A stretch of DNA of 64,000 nucleotides, taken from positions 5,039,976 through 5,103,975 of the forward strand of contig OZ316897.1 in the NCBI GenBank assembly GCA_973895155.1, written 5' to 3'. Source of the DNA: Marsupella aquatica (taxonomy: Eukaryota; Plantae; Marchantiophyta). Numbering within the stretch: position 1 is the first letter of the stretch; every line of letters starts with the position of its first letter. Positions 47,856 through 58,849 of this stretch are shown here, one piece after another. The notes below the pieces were generated by a model that did no database searches, was not told the DNA's origin, and saw nothing but the letters and a program-made list of their open reading frames with translations. Made by a program: the position numbers and the translations under genes.

Positions 47856-50800
47856 CTAGCTTCGACTATCAATGACTACAGTCTCCATTGCATTTTGAAT
47901 GATTCGTCTTGTTTGTATAGGGAGAGTACTATTTGCCAATAACGCAAAGTTATACGCATAAACGGCAGTTTCTGATAGGGACAATTCATCCTCCAGTACT
48001 TTGCTAGACAAAGCCTCTTTCTCCGGATAATATCTGCCTTCAATTGCAGACTCTTCCTCCGAATCCATTGCATACCAAGTGATTTTAATCCGCTCCGGGA
48101 TGTCGTTAATTCTTGTGAGAATCTCAGTCACTTTTGCCATCCAGAATGGTCTTCCCTTGGGATCCTGATGGGCTGCTACACATATCATTGCAAATTTAGT
48201 ATTCACCTCTAGATCCTTGAAGTCTCCAATTTCCGTGACTTTTCTTCGACTTCCGGAATACATGACTGTCCTCACACCCGCTACGTTATCAACCAAGCTA
48301 GGTTCCATTGCTACTTCCGTAGGATTACTCGGAAGTTCTCTCTGTACGTTTACCTTGGGCCAACTCCAATCAAAACTCCATTGTGCAGGTTTCAGGTGGT
48401 GCTGAATCACTTCTTTTTGTTTGTCAAAAAAATGACCCCACCATAGACGATCTGCGTCGTCAAAGTAATTGAATCCATCTTCAATTGCTCTTCGATATTT
48501 TTGAAGAGTTGACAAATAACTTTGAGCCGCCCGCTCATCTTGTTCCTCAGCATCATTCTCTTGCTCTTCATTGTCTCCTGTCGCTCCCGTGGCCGACTTC
48601 AATGCCATTTGTGGTGCGACCCATATTCCAGATGATGGAATGTACCGAACAAAATCCACCGTCTCCCCCCAATCGATTGTCGTTGAAAGATGTTTGGCAT
48701 GGAATACGGACCGAGCACTTCCATCTTCGAGTACTCTAGTAATTCGAAATTGTTTTTGAGCACTTATGCCGTGGAGAGTACGTAGAACCTGACCATCCAT
48801 ATCCTTGTCATTTGCTTGATCCTTGTCTGACACAAATTTCTTGAAATCGGCAACCTCGTCGACGAAAAATATCTTTGCCGTAGGATTGTAGGATTCCTCT
48901 ATGATTGCTGAAAGAGTGTCCAACCGGAAAGCTTTCCGCTTGTTCAATTTTGAAGAAAACTTGCTAAACATTTGATCAATTTGATCATGGGTGTGCCCTA
49001 CCAATAGGAAACCAACCTTTATTTTCTGGAAAACACCTATCTCCACCAACATATTCAAATATGCCATAAGATATTTATTCTTGTTTTCCCGAGCTGTGTT
49101 ATCAAGCTGGAGGTAAAGCACTGGAGGGAGCAGACCTTCCCAGGTATTCAAAATATGCTGGATAACGTGGATGGTCAGGTTGCTATCATTGTGAATATTT
49201 GGATAGTTCAAAAAAACATTTGAACTTAATTGTTTGTTGAAGATCAAACAACCCACTACGTGTACGGGGATGAAATACTTTTCATCCATATTCTTCGGAC
49301 ACCGAATGAAATGAGGTAACTCTGTCTTCTTTTGATCCATTCCATACAGATGCCCAAATATTTCTCCGGACTCTTGTAACATTTGCTCCGGTGCTTTGCT
49401 AACTTCTCCCTCTCGACTGCTTGTGCCTTCCGATGCTCGTTTAGCAATGTTGAGAATTTTCCTACAACAATAAAAACTTTTAGGACAAAACATGATAACC
49501 GCAATGTTGAACCCTGACAGCGATAAATTTATCGGGTTCAGTATTCAAACACGAGACCGTAATGATAAACCCTGACAACGATAAATTTATCGGGTTCAGT
49601 ATTCAAACACAAGACCGTAATGAAAAACTGTGACAGCGATAAATTTATCAGGTTCAGTATTTAGACTGTTCAAACGATATATTCACTCACATGGCCAAAG
49701 AAGAAGCACATGAATACTCAACCCGATAAAATTATCGGGAGTAACACACAGGTTTAGAAATTTACTCTTTTCTGCTTCGAGTGTTGCCTTGTCACGGAGT
49801 GCTTTGAATTCAGTACACGGGGCGCAGGTGGAGAAACGGCTCCTTTTGGGGATGCGCACGCGAGGAAACTCCTTGTTCCAAATGCGAACAAACCACGAAT
49901 ATGTCATGCCTTGTTCTTGGCGCATTAGAGTTTCGGACTGGAAGGCATCAAAAACTTCTGTTTTTGTCCAATTGTCAGGTAAATGAAAGATATCCTTGTT
50001 GGGGAGACTCTCGACATTTGTGGAAAAAAAATCATCCAGCCATTGGACGAGACCAAGATGTGCGGGTGATTTTTCTCGACAAATTGTACCGATCTGTATC
50101 CGAGAAAACATGTTCTGCGAGATTTTTTGGAGACGATTATTTCCCAGTGAAAATAATTTCTTAAAACCACTTCGACAAAAGGATCTACCGCTAACTGAGT
50201 AACCACTTGCACCAGCATGCCCACCCTTCACACATCCTCTTAGAAGGACGTTCTTCTTTGGGTAGGATAGCCCATAGTAATAAGTGCGTTGTTTCGTCAC
50301 GGCTAGCAGACCCAAATTCCGCAGACAGTAATTATCACAACACGAATACTTATGAATTTCTCTCATTTTGTTTCTATTCAATTTGTCATTTATCACATTG
50401 TCTTTCCTAGTAATTCGGTCCCTATCTTTTTTACTAGGCTCATTTGACTTCTCTACAACCTGAAATCCGTTCATAACATTGGCATTTTCGGGTCCTTCAG
50501 GTGCCTCGCGAATAGATGCATCACTCTCTGCTGAGCTACCATCCTCTATAGATCTCCTTGACGCATTTAGAGGGGCACTGAATAGACGACTATAGCTATT
50601 CTCTTCGACAGCTCCTTCTAAACATTCAGACACAACTTGTGCTATTATATCGGATTCTCTATCTCCTTCCTCATCTTCGTCCTCCGATGCATTCGACTCA
50701 TCTGAAAACACAATTGGACTCCGTGGCTCTCTATACATAACCCGAACGCCACTAAGACCTCTCCTCGATACTTGGAGCCTGGAACCAATGACAGTCCGCC

Positions 50801-51443
50801 CTTGAGAACTTGGATATTCTGGATTCGCACGTGCAGTCCCAACGACTCCGCGAGCTGCTGGAAAATTGAGCACTTGTTCACCACGATTCCCACGGACCAT
50901 TCGAGAAAGGGCCGAGTCTGGACTTCGCAATCCGATTCCCTCGCTTGCTCGCACATCCAGTCCAGGCAATGCAAAGACCGATCGCCGTATCGGTCTTTGT
51001 ATTTCTGTGTCTCGATCCTCACCCGGAGACTGAAAGATCCGTCGTTGAACTTGTGTTGAATGTGGCGACTTGAATGCCGACTGCGATACGTGTATCGGTC
51101 GCCGGATACCCTCTCCATAACCCGGGATGGATGGCCTGAAGCGACGTCTCGGACCTAAACCTGGGATTGAAAGTTTCTCATTTCTTGGCGATGGAACGCT
51201 CAAGAGACGACGCTTCTCAGGTTTACTAGGCGACACATAGTAAGCACTGGGCTCAGGACCAGAACTTGCATCAGAATCTGAGTCAGAGATTTTGGGCACT
51301 ATTTGTTGTGAGGGAGGTAGAGCTTTAAGTATGCGACTTGGCAAACAGCGAGCGACAAGATTAGGAGAGGATTCAACTGAACTGGAAGGTGAATCTGTGT
51401 CTGATTGAGACATGGCTATCCGAGACACTATGGGGCTTTGCAT
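47856..51443 (-). pseudogene. Sola-type transposase, two exons (intron 49765-49462), one frameshift near 49345
   Basis: Exon 1 CCDNYC, FCRSGFKKLF, FSTCAPC; splicing gives RKFSTLLNEHRKAQAVER; exon 2 GMDQ, LQLDNTARENKN, FLLVGHTHDQIDQMFS. Confidence 0.85.
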
Positions 51444-52466
51444 TCCTCCCACAATCAGGGAAAACGAAAGGCTCAACGGACAGAATGTTGCTCCAAGAAC
51501 ACAACTCCCAAAACTCTACTCTCGATAATGACGCCAAAAACTTATCGGCGGTGGCCCTTTTATAGTGTCTGTTGAGGGGTTGGCCCACGTGTCCACTTTT
51601 GATTGGCTGTCACCCTAAACGACAAAATAGCAGAAAAGGGTATATTTCTTGGATTTCCAATTTCATTCTCACACGTGCATCGTGGCAAAATTATATAGTT
51701 TTGAAATTGAAGCGATAAATTTATCTGATGTTGGTATTGCAAAAGTGGTTCCTTCATATGGAAGTTGCAATTTTGAAATTGAAGCGATAAATTTATCTGA
51801 TGTTGGTATTGCGAAGAGTTTTCTTCATATGGATAGGAATTTTGAAATTTAACCGATGAACCGAAGGATCTTAGTATTGTTGACTAGTATTTTTGTCGCC
51901 CGTAGTTTTCGCGATAATTTTATCGGACTGCGCATTGCTGTTGAAAGAATGGCATGTTGACTATGGTCACTTGCGGAGGTAACTGGTCAATTGCGGAGGT
52001 AATTGCAAGGTAAATTTGACGAACCGTGCAGTAATTCTTATCGACTATGATGTAAAATATTTTTGGTAAATATCCAAAAACTGAGAAACCTGAGATTGGG
52101 TCGGAGTTTTCGTGGCTCAAATCCGGAGTCCGATACAGTTATCGCACTTGGCTCGAAACATGGATATGGATTTATAGATAAGACCTTTCATATATCTTCG
52201 GAGAGCGTGAATATGAGGTCGAGGAGAAAGTTTTTCGGATCTAATTGTTCCTTGATAATATGAATGTTTGTTAGCATGAATTTCATTGGTTTTGATCATT
52301 ATTAAATTTGTTGTTTCAATCCGAACTCCGATACGAATTACATTATTTCCCCAAAAACGCGTTTTTGATGAAAAAAACTGCCAATTTTGCGAGATTCGGC
52401 GGAAAATAAAAATACACTTCTCGTTTAGAGGAAATAGTTCTCGTTCGGTCCGAAATCGTGTTATAA

Positions 52467-53402
52467 TCGGTATGTTTTGGTTATGGTGGAGCACTTCTCC
52501 AAGTGGATTGAACTAGTGGCAGTGCCAGATAAAGCTAATGGAGGAGTGGCTACCACATTTTTGGATCGAGTACTCAGTCACTTTGGAGCACCAACTGAGG
52601 TGTTGACTGATCAAGGCACAAAATTCTGTGGAGATTTTGAGGGTTTGTGTGAGCAAGCTCTGATTGATCATCATACTACTTCTCGCGATCATCCTGAGGC
52701 AGATGGATTGGCAGAGAGAGTTGTACAAACTGTGAAGAGAGGATTGCGTAAGTATGGCTTGCAGGCTGGTCATTTGGGAGACTGGGATCTCCAACTACCT
52801 TGGTTAGCTATGGGCTATCGTTTCAGTCGACAAGCATCACTTGCATCCTTCTCACCTTATTTCTTGCTCTATGGTAGAGAGCCAGATTTGCCAGTGGCTA
52901 TTTGTCGTGATGTCGTAATTGTTGTGGATTTGGATAATCCAGATATTTGGGTCAAGGTTTGTTCAGAGAGGGCACAAGTTTTTGAGAGAGTCATGCCCAT
53001 GGCCTTTGACAACCTTGCTATTGCCCAACATCGTGATACTTTGCGGTATGCTACTATTCGTGGAGGAGGTTATCGCACAAGGATTAGAAGATTTCATCCT
53101 GGCGATTATGTTTATTTGCAGCAGACAGCACCAACAACGCTTGATGTGACCGTGATGGTATGGTTTGGAAGGATCGTGTGCGTAATTGTGCGCGATGTCA
53201 TCTTCCAAACATTGATGGTACTATGGATCCAAGCTTGGCACATGTTCGTGCTGGCTTGAAGTGTATGTTGTGTGGGTCTGCTCAGGGAGCAGCTACTATG
53301 TTGATTTGTGATCAGTGTTCTAGAGGATGGCACATGTCGTGTTTGACACCACCCTTGCACATGATTCCTAGTGGATCATGGTTGTGTCCTCAATGTCGGT
53401 GA
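52467..53402 (+). pseudogene. Family B integrase core plus C-terminal PHD finger
   Basis: VEHFSKW, LTDQGTKF, DGLAER; PHD CMLC...LICDQCSRGWHMSCLTPPL..IPSGSWLCPQC (C4HC3). Confidence 0.92.
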
Positions 53403-54010
53403 TGCCGACTAGTTATCATTTGTGTTCTCGTGGAAGATATAGATTACAGGTAGGTGATCGATGGGGCTCACTTGCACCCGGCCTCCTGATCTTTACACCT
53501 AAAAAGGTGTATATCAACCTTGTAGAACTCATGGCTAGCTAGAGTTAGGGGACCTCACTCCCAGCTAGGGGGGCGATTGTGGGTTTTGGGCATGTATGGA
53601 CATGGGTTCCATTTGTAGTTCATTCTCTTATGTTTGTGTCATTGGATTGTGACTATGCTTGGATATGTGTGACAAGCAATGTATGTTGTGTAGCAATGTG
53701 TATGCGCACGATAGCTGTCACACCATTTAGAGTGGTAGTAAAGTATATCGTACTATCTAGGTATAGAGGTTTTGTATGTGTGCTATATGAGCATTGTGTT
53801 TAGGTTGAGTTGGTGTGAGGGATAGTTATCCCCTTGTGTTGGCTTAAAGGCCTCATCTTTCAATGTTGAGCCTTTGAGCATGAGCTTGGTGGCTATGGTG
53901 TGGCTGACCAGGTTGTGTGCATGTAATGTGGATTCCTTGAAGCACAAGGTGCGTTGGGATTGACATACATGTGTGATCGCGTCAAATGGGATCGTTGTTG
54001 GATTAGCACC

Positions 54011-57000
54011 TGTGGTGCGTCCCATGGCTCCCTAAACCCAAGAAACCCCCCAGCTCAAGCCGATTCCCGCAGGTTTCGCGCTTGGCGAGGCCGTTTCCGC
54101 GGCTTAGCGGCATGGGACGCTGCTAACCTTCTACTACTACTATTAACATTTTACACACATATACTGGACAGATCCTTCATCGGGTCATGAGATACGTAGC
54201 CGGCCTAATCTAGGCCTTCCCCTGTCTTCCCCTCCGTCTTGTTAGGTATGTTTGGATTTCGCCGCCGGAATGATCCCCAATAGGCTTGGTTAAGCCGCTA
54301 AGACCTCTCTCAGCTCGACACATCCAACTCTCACTCCCCTGCTTACTTTCCTTCCTTTTGGTTGATGTGGGCACTCTTCACACAAGTTAATGCGACACAC
54401 AAATAGTAAAATGACTCCTTCTGACTGAGTCATACCATGCACTTGCCATACAAACAGTACATCTCATACACAAGTTCTGCGAACTAAGCCGTGAGGCCAA
54501 CTCTATTCAGCTCTTAGGCATGAGGAAACATGAATATACACAAGGGTCACTGTATGACTAACCGAGAGCTTCTCGTACTACTTGATCCCAGCCCGGCTGG
54601 TGCAAACTAAAAACTTGCTAAAGAAGAGGCCCTGAGCTCCCCGCTGCCCAGGTACTTATCCTGGTAGTGGATCCGCCATTCTTTGCATCGTAAGCCTAAT
54701 CTACTTAACAGTAATCTACTTGCCCGAATCTACCTATGTACAGCAAGGCAGGAGCACAAGTGTTGCTCCTACCAGTGGGACCGCAATCCCACTAAGCTAA
54801 GTGTCAGGGCCGCTCCTGGTCCTGATCCTAATCCTAAACTTGGAGATCAGCGCCCGCCCTGCCCACTCACGCCTCCTCCCTCCACGTCCGCCCTCCCTAA
54901 AAGGAACGGCGCCCTTGCACCGTCACGACACCGGTGGTGGATCCTTAATGGACGCCCCCAACGCTTCCTCCTCAGCCACTGCCGTAGGCTCATTCTCTGA
55001 CAGATTACCTGCCCTTGACTGAGTCAACTCTCCATCGGCCTGACTGGGTCGACCATCGGCGTCGGCATCGGCTCGGGAATCGGTTACGGCCTCAGCCTCG
55101 GCTACGGTCTCCCCGGCCTGCTCAAGAGGCGGATCTGGAATACCGGCCTCATTACTGAGTAGTTCGGCTTGGGCCGCACCACCCCCACCTGTGATGATAG
55201 CGGGATCTATTGCCGTATTCATGCCGGAGGATGGTGCTGGTTCTACCTCCTTGGTCACCACGGCTTGTGGAGTCGGATTACTCCTTGACCCTGAAGGTTT
55301 TCGCTTTTTCTTCTTTTCTGGTTCGGCAGCTGGTCCCTTCCCCTTCCCACTTACTTCCGGCACTGGTGCAGTTGGCGCGGCTTTTTATTCGGCCAGTACC
55401 ACTCCTGGTAACTTGGTTGCCCCAATTGGAGTTGGGCCTGATGAAGACAAGCACTTAAATACTGCGGCTTGTTTCTTCAGCCGCTCCGTTTGGTTGTCGG
55501 CCCGCCGCTGGAGGTTCTCCATCTTCCTCGTGATTTCCTCCAACTCCTCCTGGGTCTCATCTAGGTCCTTGCGTGCCTCCTCTAGTTCCTTCTGGGCTTC
55601 CTCCCGTTCTTGTTTCAAGGTAGTCCTCTCCTCCTGGGTTGCTCTTAGCTCCTTGTCGAGCACTGCAATGATGACAGACTCCATCTGGTTCATCTTGGCG
55701 TAAGTCTGTTCAAGCATCTCGTCCTTCTCCCTTAGGTCGGCCTTGAAGCTGGCCGTCAGGGATGCAAGCTCCTGCTGCAGCGCCATAATCCCTTGATAGG
55801 ATTTCCCTAACTCGGCCTCCTTCTGCTCAAGGGCTCCGCGGATTTTCTCGAGCTCCCCCTTCAACGCCCATTCCTTTCTTTGGGTCTCCGCCATGGCCCG
55901 GCTGTTGGCTGTTATGTGGGCCTCCTCTATATTCTTCAGCTCTTGCTTCCACTTCTCCCTCTCTTTGATCGTGTCGGCCAACTCTCCCTGCGTCTAAGTC
56001 AGTTTATCCTTGATATTCTGATTATCAGCCTGCGCGGTGTCCAACTGCCCCTGCATGATGTTCAGCTCATGTCGTTTAATCCGCAGTTCATCTTGGGCTT
56101 TCTTGGCCGCCCTTAGATCTTCAATCTCGGCTTCCATCCTCCTAAGCCGCCGAATGACCTCGTCCTTCTTGCTTCTCTCTAAAGCCACCGCTTCTTCTAA
56201 TTGGTGCTTCTCCAACTGCTCCCTATGGAAAAAGGGTCCTACCTCCAACTCCTCTCCAAAGATGCCGAGCGCAAGTTCCCCACACATCTCACCATACTCC
56301 ATGGCTCTATTCTTAGCGTAGGTGGAGTAAGTAGAAGTGATCGGCATCGCCCATCGCGGCCTCTGCTCCCAAGCCGTCTTGCGGATCTCTTCAATCGTGG
56401 CTAGAGGTTTGCTTCCTTTTTTGGCTAGCCGCTTGATGTCCTCCGGCCAATCTCCTCCTGGTAAATCCTTTTCCCTAGCCAGGGCTGCCTCCTCTTCCTG
56501 CTTGATTCGCTCCTGAAATTCCTGCACCGTCTGTTTTATGCCGTCAAAGCTCGGGGGAGCAACATCTGGTGGGGGAGACTCAGGGCTACTCTGCTGGTTG
56601 GGGTCCCCTCGCACTACCCTTGGAAGTGTGGGGACAAACCGGCCACAGGTCCTTACTCCTGGGACGTGATGGTCCGACCCATAGCCGGAATTATCATGGC
56701 TGCAGTCCTCCATTGCCTCCTCTACTTCTTGGCCGTCCGGCTTCTCCCTCTCCTCTTCGTCGGTAGGAGCTTCAGGCAATTATGCCTTAGATTCGGAGCT
56801 TGAGATTCCCACATACATTCGAACACCTGGCTTGGATTCAGGCCTGATTCTCTCCTTGTCTCCAGCAAAGGGGTTTTCTCTTGTGAGCCGGTGTAGGCCT
56901 ACCTCTGTAGTAGTGTCCTGCATTGTTGCCGTTGCCGTTGTTGTTGCCGATGCCGATTTCTTTTCTTTCTCCAGTAGTTTCAACAGACTCTGCATGCCTG

Positions 57001-58673
57001 GTTGCTGCATCGGCAAGTCCTCCTTCCTGGGCCTAAACACCTGCTCGATTGTAGGGCTAACAGGTGGTTGAGGCTTCTCAGCCAACGGCCTCGGCGTTGG
57101 AGCTTCCTCGGGTGCCCTTACCTGCAAGGGAAGTACCGGGGCAAAAGTCTGACCTCTGGCATACCGGCACAACAGCGGCATGTGATAGCCAAGCCGCGAC
57201 ACGCTCCCCATGCCGATTACCTGCTGCTCCTCCTTTAAGATCTTCTTCAATTGGTTGAGAAGGTACCCGTTGTAGTCCCGGCTTGGGTCTGGCCTTTCTG
57301 CCAGATAGACCTGTGCCTTGCCGATCTCTGCCCTCGGCAAGTTACAATGCATGGTCACCCGCAAGAAGTCGATCATCTCTCCTATGTGCGGGTTGGTGCA
57401 GGTGTTCCGGAAGAAGCCATTCTTCGTTGATGGCCCGGGGAACGACCGGAACTCCTTGTCAGGCAAGGTCTTCCTGGTATCAACTTTGGTCTTATTGCCT
57501 ATCGGCAAGCCAAACACTTCGGCAATTACCTTCGGAGTAAGATAGAAATCCTTCCCATATATCCTCGTGCAATTGGTCTCGGGTTCCCATGACCCCACGA
57601 ATTCTAATAGGTCTGACTCCGGTACCTCCGGCTTCAGCCATGGTAATCTTACAAAGGCCTCTAAGCCGGATCCGGCCATGAAGCCTTGGTACTTCTTGGT
57701 CTGCATGGCCGTGAAGCATGCATCCTCCTCCCGTGCAAAATGTAGTTGCACCTCCACCGGTAGGTTTGTCGCCCAGCCCTTCCAGGTGTCATCCCTGGTT
57801 GGAATGGCCTTGATGGGATCGACCTCCTCCTCTTCGGCTTCTCCCTGCCTCCTGCTCTGCTGCTCGGCTGGCTTCTTTGGTGCCGCCGACCTCGTTCTTT
57901 TTGCCGGGGTGGCTTCATCGTTGACGGCTCCCTTCCTCTTCATCTCTGCTGCCGTGGAGGTTTCTCCTAGCACCGTTGCCTGGGTCCACCTTTCCGTGCT
58001 ACCCTTTAATTCCCAGTGTATGTCATTGCAGTTCTTGATGGCCTCTCGGATGCCAACGACGCTGTCTTTGCAAAACAGAAGATCGTCGAGTTGATTGGAA
58101 GTAGGCGTCCACAGGAACTCGTCCTTGATGAGTTCGCCTCCTAAGAAAGCCGTCTTCTGCAGCTCCCACAATCGAGCGAGCTCCTGCCATTCTCGAGCTG
58201 CCCTTTCTGATTCCTCGTCCTCGTAAGTCTTGATGTACTCAGTTGCCCGTTCGAACAGGCATCCCCAGAAATGTGCCGCTTGATTGACGTTGCTCATACC
58301 CTCCTTAGGTCGATCGTCGGTATCTACTCTCTCCCCGAGTGCTTGCTTAAGCAGCTGACAGTAGTTGGCCTCCCGTAGTCGTCTACCTAGTTCGTGCTCG
58401 CAAATGAGCCACCATCTCCTGCAAGCGCTCCTTACCCCTCTCCTCTGCCGGTCCTTCTTCCCGTTGATCCTTCCTAGCCGCCGACGCTTAACGCGCCCTA
58501 ACCCTAATCGAGTTTTCACCCTCAGCGTCCTTACCTCCGGCCTCGGCCCGGGTTCCATGGTTGCCCCTAATGGTTTATATTTTCCTTGTTTTGTCCCTAT
58601 ACTAAGGTGTTCCTAGGGTGCCTTCCTGCTTTACCCACTTAACTGGCCGAGTGATTCCTGTCTAGGCATCACA
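54011..58673 (-). mobile_element. Second solo LTR of family A (4663 bp), reverse orientation
   Basis: Reverse complement of 21537-26205; TSD GCACC at 54006-54010 and 58674-58678. Confidence 0.95.
54923..58558 (-). pseudogene. Copy of the LTR ORF with three nonsense mutations (56780, 55994, 55385)
   Basis: Four in-frame ORF pieces nearly identical to the 1210-aa protein. Confidence 0.88.
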
Positions 58674-58849
58674 GCACCAATCGTTGTTCGATTTGCACTA
58701 TTGAAGAAGATTATTGTGGGTTTTGGGCATGTATGGACATGGGTTCCATTTGTAGTTCATTCTCTTATGTTGTGTCGTTGGATTGTGACTATGCTTGGAT
58801 ATGTGTGACAAGCAAAGTATGTTGTGTAGTGATGTGTATGCGCACGACA

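Larger units (their letters stand above)
41214..51925. repeat. Dispersed 14-bp palindrome CGATAAATTTATCG and variants, about 23 copies, seen only inside the Sola element
   Basis: Cores at 41214, 41307, 41385, 41441, 41534, 42775, 43851, 43922, 44984, 45052, 46196, 46271, 46346, 47572, 47631, 47698, 49521, 49579, 49637, 49724, 51713, 51785 and 51912. Confidence 0.92.
40767..52462 (-). mobile_element. Sola-type (Sola1-like) DNA transposon, 11,696 bp, with cargo genes
   Basis: 25-bp TIRs AACACGATTT(T/C)GGACCGA(C/A)CGAGAA; 4-bp TSD ATAA (40763-40766 and 52463-52466); removal restores the integrase reading QHHNRYVLVMVEH; contains a Sola-like transposase. Confidence 0.88.
31920..58849 (+). mobile_element. 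Decayed Ty3/Gypsy element with PR-DNMT-RT-RH-INT-PHD pol (family B); 5' LTR and most of gag deleted; four nested insertions
   Basis: Domain order is restored after removing the TSD-bounded inserts; PPT 53567-53576; 3' LTR 53578-58849 (TGT...ACA) once the solo LTR is removed. Confidence 0.85.
53578..58849 (+). repeat. 3' LTR of family B (~600 bp net; 53578-54010 plus 58679-58849) with ~135-bp direct repeats at both ends
   Basis: Follows PPT AGGGGGGCGA; unit TGTGGGTTTTGGGCATG...GCACGA(T/C)A at 53578-53713 and 58715-58849. Confidence 0.7.

Noticed and set aside
46183-49670. 75-bp and 58-bp repeats with palindromic cores as CRISPR arrays
   Set aside because: They are full tandem units with no unique spacers, lie in spliceosomal introns, and no cas genes are present.
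53578-58849. DIRS/Ngaro-type split direct repeats
   Set aside because: The element has a DDE integrase, a PPT and TG...CA ends, and no tyrosine recombinase was seen.
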